From positions 1 to 47,759 of the forward strand of contig LCRY01000004.1 in assembly GCA_001004905.1 (NCBI GenBank): DNA of 47,759 nucleotides. The letters are read 5' to 3'. The DNA comes from Parcubacteria group bacterium GW2011_GWA1_56_13 (GTDB lineage Bacteria; Patescibacteriota; Minisyncoccia; Phycocordibacterales; Phycocordibacteraceae). Numbering within the stretch: position 1 is the first letter of the stretch; every line of letters begins with the position of its first letter. The position numbers were made by a program, and so were the translations under genes. The notes under the pieces were generated by a model. It saw only the letters and a program-made list of their open reading frames with translations, searched no databases and had not been told where the DNA came from. Positions 28,011-35,111 of this stretch are shown piece after piece.

Positions 28011-28369
28011 GTCGTCCAGTATACGGCAAACACTAAGCCCCGCGACAATGCGCGGGGCGGTTTTGGTTTACGGACCGGCCCTCACCTTTCGGAGTGAGCC
28101 TCGGATATCACGCGAGAAGCGAGAAGGAGCGATTTACGGCTCTTCTCATACCTCTCATAACAGTCACGTGATGCCAGTGGACGGCCGTCGTCCGTTGACG
28201 CGTACGGCGTCCTCATCACGGCACGGCAGCCCACGGAGCATGCGCACCTTTGCGAATTCAGATTGTTTTCGTTGACACTCCCCCGATAAAAAGAACTTCA
28301 TTGGGAAACCGGCAGGGCCGGACGGTTGTGAGCTATCTCTGCACAACCTGGAATTCAGTATACCCAAAG

Positions 28370-29635
28370 CTACGGATGTATAAAAGAGTCGGGAATGGGG
28401 TGTGCGAGCGCGAGCCGTGTTATCTCTTCCTTTGCGGCGAGCGCGCTTGTGCGCTTCGTGAGCACATCGATCATGATTTGCGCTACCTGTGCCGATTCGA
28501 CCTCACCCATGCCACGCGTCGTCATGGCCGGCGTGCCGAAACGGATGCCGGACGGATCCATCGGTTTTCTCGTATCATCCGCGATGGCGTTTTTATTGAG
28601 CGTGATGCCCGCCTGGTCGAGCAGTAGTTCCGCTTCCCTTCCCGAGATACCAAATGACGTCCACACATCGAGCAAAATGAGATGGTTGTCGGAGCCGCCC
28701 GTTATCATGCGCACGCCGTGTTTTCTGAATACGTTCTCCATCGCTTTGGTGTTCGCAATGATCCGTTCCGCATATTTTTTAAAAGAGGGCCGGAGCGCTT
28801 CGGCGAACGAAACCGCTTTCGCGGCGATCTGGTGCATATGCGGGCCGCCCTGGAAACCAGGGAACACCGCCTTGTCTATTTTTTTCGCGATGTCCGCACT
28901 CTCGCGCGTGAGGACCATACCACCACGCGGCCCGCGAAGCGTTTTGTGCGTCGTGGTGGTCATGACGTCGAAGCCGTACTCAAACGGGTTCTTCGCGGCG
29001 TTGCCCGCGATAAGTCCTGCGATATGCGCGATATCCATGACAGAAACGGCGCCCGTTTCGCGCGCGATATCGGCGAATTTCGCGTAGTCCAGCTCGCGCG
29101 GATATGCCGAGAACCCGGCGAGAACTATCTTCGGCTTCACCTTTTTGGCGACACGCCGCATGTCGTCGTAGTCCAGCTCGCCCGTTTCGATATTTTTCAT
29201 CTTGTACCGCACGAAATTGAATATCTTGGTGAGGTACGTCACCGGATGGCCGTGCGTCAGGTGCCCGCCATGAGAGAGGTCCATGCCGAGAACCGTATCG
29301 CCGGGCTCCAAGAGCGCGAAATACGTGGCGATGTTCGCGTTCGCTCCCCCCAGCGGCTGCACGTTCGCGAACGCGGCGCCGAAAAGCTTTTTCGCCCGCT
29401 CAACGGCGAGCGATTCCACTGCATCCGTAAATTCCTGGCCGCCGTAGTAACGCTTGCCCGGATAGCCTTCCGAGTATTTATTCGTCAAAGACGACGCCAT
29501 CGCCTCCTTCACCGCACGCGACACGTAATTCTCGGACGGAATGAGCTCCAATCCTTCCGCTTGCCGCTTATCCTCTCCTACAAGCGCGCGAAAAATGTCG
29601 GGGTCCTCCTGTTCTATGAACGGATACTCGCTCAT
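28370..29635 (-). CDS. glyA: Serine hydroxymethyltransferase
   Basis: 421 aa with LELIPSENYVS, YSEGYPGKRYYGG and the PLP-lysine motif TTTTHKTLRGPRGG. Confidence 0.97.
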   Translation of the reverse strand: MSEYPFIEQEDPDIFRALVGEDKRQAEGLELIPSENYVSRAVKEAMASSLTNKYSEGYPGKRYYGGQEFTDAVESLAVERAKKLFGAAFANVQPLGGANANIATYFALLEPGDTVLGMDLSHGGHLTHGHPVTYLTKIFNFVRYKMKNIETGELDYDDMRRVAKKVKPKIVLAGFSAYPRELDYAKFADIARETGAVSVMDIAHIAGLIAGNAAKNPFEYGFDVMTTTTHKTLRGPRGGMVLTRESADIAKKIDKAVFPGFQGGPHMHQIAAKAVSFAEALRPSFKKYAERIIANTKAMENVFRKHGVRMITGGSDNHLILLDVWTSFGISGREAELLLDQAGITLNKNAIADDTRKPMDPSGIRFGTPAMTTRGMGEVESAQVAQIMIDVLTKRTSALAAKEEITRLALAHPIPDSFIHP

Positions 29636-30060
29636 ACTCCGGTTGAACCGAACCCCCCTCGGTCGGGTGTATCGAGCGCATCAACCTCCTCCCATTCGAC
29701 GCGGTCAAACGGCAGGATGAGCATCTGCACAATGCGGTCCCCACGCTTTATTTCCACCGGCGCGTCGGTGAAATTGTATAGGGCGGCATGATACTCGTCG
29801 CTATCACCCGAAAAATCCTCGTCGCCGATGCCGACGCCGTTTATCATCATCACACCGCGCTTATGGAGCGAACTACGGGCCGCAAGGAGTACGAAGTGCC
29901 CGCGCGGCGGTTTGAGCGCCGCATTGAGCGGTACGAGCGAGATTTCCTCTGGCCCGATGACGGTCGTGGTCCGCACGACGCAGTCCATGGCCGCCGCGCC
30001 TGGCGTTCTGTATGCGGGAAGCGGCAGGGCGGTATCAATGCTTTTTATGGGAACTTTCAT
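29632..30060 (-). CDS. dut: dUTP diphosphatase
   Basis: 142 aa with GAAAMD, ARSSL, GVGIGDEDFSGD and a C-terminal GGFGSTG motif. It overlaps the glyA start by 4 nt. Confidence 0.9.
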   Translation of the reverse strand: MKVPIKSIDTALPLPAYRTPGAAAMDCVVRTTTVIGPEEISLVPLNAALKPPRGHFVLLAARSSLHKRGVMMINGVGIGDEDFSGDSDEYHAALYNFTDAPVEIKRGDRIVQMLILPFDRVEWEEVDALDTPDRGGFGSTGV

Positions 30061-30152
30061 AGTGATGTTCAGTGTATCACTCGGCTGCTCGACCGCTTCA
30101 GATTGGGCGCCGGATGTGCGCAGCTCGTCAAGACGTGAGGATTCCTGCCGGT

Positions 30153-30163
30153 TGCTATATACT
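30153..30163 (+). promoter_or_regulatory. Candidate extended -10 (TGcTATATACT) for the 30175-35014 operon
   Basis: The sequence is gtTGcTATATACTctgaAGGAccaATG, located in the 114-nt divergent region shared with dut. Confidence 0.35.
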
Positions 30164-30174
30164 CTGAAGGACCA

Positions 30175-31074
30175 ATGGACGCTATAACCCTCACACGCGT
30201 GTACTCACTGAAGTCCATGGAGGATATGCTTCGGCACATCACGTTCCGCGGTGCGTACAATGTCCGCGGTTCACACGTCTTCCCCTACCAGCATGCCAAG
30301 TTCTCGCTCACAACGGTGTATCCGCAGTCGTCTCCGGGCACGTCGCCCGAAGTGAAGATCGGACGGCGTCGCGAACCTTTGTTTACTCCCCAGCCGACCA
30401 TCTACGAGAACCAGACGAAAATCCTCGAGGAGGTCGATGAGTTCCTACTTGGACATGACATGAAAATGAGCGAACTGAAGCACGCCGTAGAATATGCGTG
30501 GGAAGGACGGGGTGAATTCCATATCCTGCCCCCGGTGATAGAAAAACACACGTACCGGCTGAAAAACGGCTACCTCGACCTTGCGCATCTCTTGAAGCGT
30601 TTTAAAGGCGTCTACGTGAAGGACGCCATAGGAAAACTGCACCCGCTTTCGAGCCGAAATCTGCGCTCATTCTATATAGATGAGGTAAGCAAGATGGACC
30701 ACCTCGACATCTTCAATTCGAACGTGCCGATCATCAATTACGGGCTCGGCCATGACGGGGAGTTTACGTTCTATATCGTGTGCGACGGCGCGCACCGACT
30801 CGATTATGTCCTGGAAAAGATAAAGCGACCCATCACTGCGCTTTTGGTCGAGCCGGCCAAGAAAGGCAGTACGCTTTATCCGTATTACGCGTTCCCGGTC
30901 CCGTTCCGCCCCACGCTACGGCTTTCCAGCAAGAAATCCGAAAAAATGTATCACCGGCTGGAACGGGACAAGATCCATCTGCTGAATGATTTCATAAAAA
31001 AGACGCTGCACTATGATTGGGAGGCGGGCGGCCTCAAGGTGAGCAAATTGCGGACCAATGTGGAGATATTTTAA
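30175..31074 (+). CDS. Hypothetical protein with a ParB/sulfiredoxin-like (ParBc) signature
   Basis: 299 aa. FYIVCDGAHRLDYVLEKIKRPITALLVE matches the h-h-DG-x-HR-h-x-A ... I-x-A-x-V pattern of ParB N-terminal/Srx-fold proteins. No P-loop was seen. The stop overlaps the next start (TAATG). Confidence 0.7.
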   Translation: MDAITLTRVYSLKSMEDMLRHITFRGAYNVRGSHVFPYQHAKFSLTTVYPQSSPGTSPEVKIGRRREPLFTPQPTIYENQTKILEEVDEFLLGHDMKMSELKHAVEYAWEGRGEFHILPPVIEKHTYRLKNGYLDLAHLLKRFKGVYVKDAIGKLHPLSSRNLRSFYIDEVSKMDHLDIFNSNVPIINYGLGHDGEFTFYIVCDGAHRLDYVLEKIKRPITALLVEPAKKGSTLYPYYAFPVPFRPTLRLSSKKSEKMYHRLERDKIHLLNDFIKKTLHYDWEAGGLKVSKLRTNVEIF

Positions 31075-31973
31075 TGCATCCTATGGAAGCTTCCGCGCTT
31101 GATTCGGCCCTCCGGCATTCCATCGATCTTTCCCTGCCCGGCAAAAGAGCGGCCGAGAGCGGTTCGGTCGCCGTCTCGCAGACGGGCGCTCTGTATCCGG
31201 CCGGCTGCCTGGGCTCGGAAACGCACCTCCTCAACATCTCTTCGGAATTGGCCGCGCTGGTGCGTGCGGTGCATGCGGACGATGTCCACATCGAGCGGAT
31301 ACTGACGGTCGTGAGCGACGCGCGAACGCCCGTTTCGCCGCTTGTGCTCAAGATACTCGCCGACCACGGCACGCGAACCGGGACGCCTATCTCGTATACC
31401 GTATGCGACCTGCTGGGCACCGTTCTCTTCGAAGTCGCCGACGCGCGCGAAGCGCTTCCGTTCTACAAAGGACCGGGGATGGTGCTGAAAGCGTTCGCGG
31501 ACCGCGCGGTGCAGACCAGGCGGGTGGCATTGGATCGGACATCCGCCGTAAGCCCCGAGCTACAACTGCGCACGTGGGCGCTCGCGGGCTGCGACCGCAA
31601 TTTTCCAACACGCGACGGGGCTTCCGGATACGGTGCCGCGCTTTTAACCGCGTCCGGGAACATATATTATGGGGGTCAGTATTCTACATTTGAACACCGC
31701 CTCGGCGTTCATGCGGAGATGGGAGTACTTTTGAATGCTCTCATGGATGGCGCGAAGGATATTACGCACCTCGGCCTCGTCTCGACCAAATCTCCGGACA
31801 CGCCGTGTAGCCCGTGCGGCTGCTGCCGGCAGTTCGTCGGGGAACTGTCGCGCGCATTCGATTTTTCGCCGGCCATGTGTCTCTTCGCATCCGGGAACGA
31901 AACATACACATCACATACAATCGAAGAACTGCTTCCGATACAATGGACGAATAAAAATGACCACCGGCGCTAA
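31074..31973 (+). CDS. Cytidine/deoxycytidine-deaminase-fold protein with a tandem (pseudo-dimeric) architecture
   Basis: The C-terminal half carries the zinc motifs HAE (LGVHAEMG) and PCxxC (TPCSPCGCCRQFVGEL), plus a terminal EELLP, as in Cdd. The N-terminal half is a degenerate copy (ISSELAAL and VSPLVLKIL replace them). Confidence 0.8.
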   Translation: MHPMEASALDSALRHSIDLSLPGKRAAESGSVAVSQTGALYPAGCLGSETHLLNISSELAALVRAVHADDVHIERILTVVSDARTPVSPLVLKILADHGTRTGTPISYTVCDLLGTVLFEVADAREALPFYKGPGMVLKAFADRAVQTRRVALDRTSAVSPELQLRTWALAGCDRNFPTRDGASGYGAALLTASGNIYYGGQYSTFEHRLGVHAEMGVLLNALMDGAKDITHLGLVSTKSPDTPCSPCGCCRQFVGELSRAFDFSPAMCLFASGNETYTSHTIEELLPIQWTNKNDHRR

Positions 31974-34362
31974 ACCGCAATTCCCCATAGTCGACGCGCT
32001 CCTATTCATCCCGCCGGAAACGGCCAGTGGCCACATCGGCGTGTGCACGAACACCACGGCGCCTGGCCAGGTATTCAACGACATTGCCGAGGAGAACCGT
32101 TCCGCTATTTCGGTTCTCGGCCCGCTTATCGTGAGCCGTGACGGCACCGAGCGCATGATACTGAACTCGCTCGTGCATCCGACAATCACGTATCTCATAC
32201 TCTTTTCCGAGGAATCGCTCACCTTTTCTCCGAGCACGAATCTGCTTTTGGCACTCATGCACGGGCTTGATGCAAAGCGCGGAGGAAACTATATCGCGAA
32301 CGGACAGGCTGCCTCGGCCCATTTCCCGAATCTCTCAAGGGACATCGTAGACCTCTTTCGGGAGCACATCATCGTCCTGCCACTCTTCATGTCGCAGAAC
32401 AAAAACAGTGCCGCGGTCGTCAGCGAATACCTGGAATGGCTCGGGGATCGCGTCCCGCCGAATATCCTCTGGTTCCTCAAAGAGACGAACGCCAAGGGAA
32501 AGAAATATTACGATTCGCTGAACGCCCTCATCACACTTCTCAAGGCCGCTCCGCACCGGAAGAAAGTTCCTGTGGAGCTCGACCCCAAGGATTTCCAGCA
32601 CTTGCAACCGCCCAAAATAGCCATAGCGGAGGATACGACGCCATACCCAGTCCCGTTCCGCGTCTCGCTTGAGGACAACCTGCTGCGGCTCGATATCCGG
32701 GTCGGCGATTCGCTGTATTTCATCCGCGGGGATGACGACTTCCGTATCGAGTACTCTCTGATGAAATTCCTCGGTAAGCGCAAGGCGTTGCTCACGCCTC
32801 ACGAGCAGCTCCTGATCGGCGCAGAACTGAATCGCTTGAACGTGGAGCGTCGGGCCGGTCTTGCGGCACCGCCGTTTGCGGAGTCCAACGACGTCCAAGG
32901 CACCCAGGAGATACTGCTTGAACCCAAAGTTGCGCTCGTCCCGGACCAGCAGTATTACTATAAGATCGGATTGAAGGACGCGGAGGTATCGGTTATGTGC
33001 ATGGCGTTCGATATCTGCGAGGAAGTGTTCGACCTACGCTCGACAGGAGCCGGCGGCATATTCGCATGGCTGGCCGAAAAAAACCGTTTTCAGGCGTATG
33101 AGATGGACATGCTCCACCGCATGGACGTGGGAGGACAGATCGGCCGCGCCCTTATCGCCGGCCGCTTCGGCTACTCGTTCATCCAGGACTTTCCGAGTAT
33201 TTTCAAAATAAACCGCGAAACACTACCGCTCCTTATTGCCGAAAGCGACTCGTTCCTCGACGTGCACCGCGGCATGCTCCTCAAGACGTACACGCAAGGG
33301 CTCACCGAAGAGCATGGTGACGCTCGCAAGGGTCTTTCGCGCAGTGCGGTCACGCTCGCCATCTATCGCGATGCGGTGAACGCATTTGCGCGGATGCCTT
33401 CGATCTATAAGCAGGGCGACGTCTCGACGGAAGAAATGCGCAGTGCGTATAAAAAGCAGCTCCTCCGGCTCGACCACGACGGCGATTACAGCTACGGGCA
33501 GCGCACGCGCGTACATTTCGGATTCGACCAGCTTGAACGGACGGCGGACGTTCTCAGCAAAGACCCTTCGCGAGCGGCGATCATCCAGCGCTTCGATCCG
33601 ACGGTCGATATGGACTCAACGCTGAATCCCGACACGAAGCGGAGAGAATATACGCACGATCCCTGCCTCACGCACGACATTTTCTTCATTGCGGATGGCA
33701 CGCTGCATTCTTTTCATATCGCGCGCGCTCACAATTTACCGAATGCGTACCCCGAGAACCTGTTCGGCCTCTATGACGCATACGTTTCGAGCGTGCGGGG
33801 AAAGCTGTCGCTTGCCTCCGGCGATCTTTACATGCTCTCTTCCCGCGGCAACATCCTGCTCCTCTCCGAAGAACAGCGTGTCCGAAAGATCATCGCGGAA
33901 CCCTCGAAGCCCATGGGCGACGTGGAGCGCACGAGCGGCCCGACTCTTCTTGGCGCAAATGTCCGGAAGGAAGTTCCCTGCGTGGGCGTTTTGTATGCGA
34001 CGGAACTGCTCAAGGACGTGCCGCTCTACTCGCATCCAATTATCGACCGTTTCAGGAACTTCGAGGGTGTCGATATCCTCGAACGCGCCGTCTCGTATCT
34101 TGTGGAACGCGGCGGAAGCCACAATAACCCGGTCCTCACAACCTATCAGGCCGGGACTTCCGATCCGCAGGCGGACCACCTTGTGTTTTACCAGGCGAAC
34201 GTTTTTGGCGGAAAGGTCTACGCTACCGCCGTATTCGCGAACCATGAACCAAGCCCTGCCGATGACTTGAAACTCGCCTCGGCCGTCGCAACCGTATATG
34301 CGACTCGTCTCGAGAAGCCGCTCGCCGAGGCGAATATTTTCTACATCAATGGCGCCGTTTAA
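31957..34362 (+). CDS. Large fusion protein: MtrA-like N-terminal domain, two DUF4346-like modules, and a thymidylate-synthase/dCMP-hydroxymethylase-fold region
   Basis: I chose the ATG at 31957, which overlaps the deaminase gene by 17 nt. The TS-like block reads YSYGQRTRVHFGFDQLERTADVLSKDPSRAAIIQRFDP...THDPCLTHDIFFIADGTLHSFHIARAHNLPNAYPEN. It is colinear with ThyA YGxQWR / DQL / NPxSRR / PCH / RSxD / PFN. The N-terminal GPLIVSRDGTERMILNSLVHPTITYLILFSEES resembles the MtrA core G..TEN.GIEK...N....NIRFLILCG.E. The N-terminal family calls come from memory of the patterns. Confidence 0.75.
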   Translation: MTTGAKPQFPIVDALLFIPPETASGHIGVCTNTTAPGQVFNDIAEENRSAISVLGPLIVSRDGTERMILNSLVHPTITYLILFSEESLTFSPSTNLLLALMHGLDAKRGGNYIANGQAASAHFPNLSRDIVDLFREHIIVLPLFMSQNKNSAAVVSEYLEWLGDRVPPNILWFLKETNAKGKKYYDSLNALITLLKAAPHRKKVPVELDPKDFQHLQPPKIAIAEDTTPYPVPFRVSLEDNLLRLDIRVGDSLYFIRGDDDFRIEYSLMKFLGKRKALLTPHEQLLIGAELNRLNVERRAGLAAPPFAESNDVQGTQEILLEPKVALVPDQQYYYKIGLKDAEVSVMCMAFDICEEVFDLRSTGAGGIFAWLAEKNRFQAYEMDMLHRMDVGGQIGRALIAGRFGYSFIQDFPSIFKINRETLPLLIAESDSFLDVHRGMLLKTYTQGLTEEHGDARKGLSRSAVTLAIYRDAVNAFARMPSIYKQGDVSTEEMRSAYKKQLLRLDHDGDYSYGQRTRVHFGFDQLERTADVLSKDPSRAAIIQRFDPTVDMDSTLNPDTKRREYTHDPCLTHDIFFIADGTLHSFHIARAHNLPNAYPENLFGLYDAYVSSVRGKLSLASGDLYMLSSRGNILLLSEEQRVRKIIAEPSKPMGDVERTSGPTLLGANVRKEVPCVGVLYATELLKDVPLYSHPIIDRFRNFEGVDILERAVSYLVERGGSHNNPVLTTYQAGTSDPQADHLVFYQANVFGGKVYATAVFANHEPSPADDLKLASAVATVYATRLEKPLAEANIFYINGAV

Positions 34363-35014
34363 CGCACACGATATCAGGGTCGTCGGGTTTGACCTCGACC
34401 AGACGCTCTACCCAAAGTCGCCGCTGGTCGACGAGAAAATACAGGAATATCTGTACGAAAAGATCGCATCCCACAAAAAAATACCGCTCGACGAAGCAAA
34501 GCAGCTTTTTGGGGAGCGCTATCGGGATGGTGCGGGACTCTCGGGAAGTGAGACGCTCCGCGACCTTGGCGTCCCCAACGCAAGCGAAGCGGTGCAGGAG
34601 GCCCTTGAGCGCGCCGACATCGCCTCCATTCTCTCCCCCGATCCGGACACGAACCGCTTACTTGAGGACGTGCGTACGCATTATAAAAATCTCGACCTCA
34701 TTACCGGCTCGAATCTACGCGAGACCGAGAAGAAACTCTCTGCGCTCGGAATTCCGAAAGAAATGTTCTCGCACCTCATAACTGCCGAACAGGCGGCGAA
34801 ATCCACGGGCGAGAGCTACCGGATCTGGCTTTCTCTCTACCCGGAGTATGCACCGCGGCAGTTTCTCTACATCGGCGACCGCATCCGCAGCGATGGCGAA
34901 ATTCCTTCTGCCCTCGGCATACACACCGCACTCGTGTGCGCGCAAAAGCCGGGTACTTCGCTTCCTACGATGCAGCTGCACAACCTGGCCGAACTCGCTT
35001 CTATCCTTCTATAA
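34349..35014 (+). CDS. HAD-superfamily hydrolase, SDT1-like pyrimidine 5'-nucleotidase type
   Basis: Motif I is GFDLDQTLY (DxDxT, followed by the LY typical of the pyrimidine 5'-nucleotidase subfamily). Motif II is LDLITGSN. Motif IV is YIGDRIRSD. The ATG at 34349 overlaps the upstream stop by 14 nt. Confidence 0.8.
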   Translation: MAPFNAHDIRVVGFDLDQTLYPKSPLVDEKIQEYLYEKIASHKKIPLDEAKQLFGERYRDGAGLSGSETLRDLGVPNASEAVQEALERADIASILSPDPDTNRLLEDVRTHYKNLDLITGSNLRETEKKLSALGIPKEMFSHLITAEQAAKSTGESYRIWLSLYPEYAPRQFLYIGDRIRSDGEIPSALGIHTALVCAQKPGTSLPTMQLHNLAELASILL

Positions 35015-35111
35015 AAAGGGGCGTCTTATTTGACGTCAACCCACGCATAATTTTCTGCTGAAAATTTGCGCGGGCCCGCCTCGACCCGTCGGCCTCCGGC
35101 TCATCGACGTT

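Noticed and set aside
28164-28367. 67-aa minus-strand ORF in the glyA-argS gap
   Set aside because: It uses an alternative start without a Shine-Dalgarno sequence. Its AT-rich third codon positions are unlike real genes here, and the peptide is basic and low-complexity.
28011-28369. T-box leader upstream of argS
   Set aside because: No T-box consensus (…AATTAGGGTGGTACCGCG… type) and no specifier-loop architecture was recognisable on the minus strand.
26502-29791. Long plus-strand ORFs (26502-27371, 27283-28275, 28395-29087, 28682-29791)
   Set aside because: They are antisense shadows of argS and glyA. They have low-complexity R/S/A-rich translations and no ribosome-binding sites.
31017-34348. 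N-terminal extensions of track ORFs (31017, 31735, 34298 starts)
   Set aside because: The extensions overlap the preceding genes by 60-240 nt in other frames and are Arg-rich. Internal ATGs at 31074, 31957 and 34349 give compact coupled genes with sensible N-termini.
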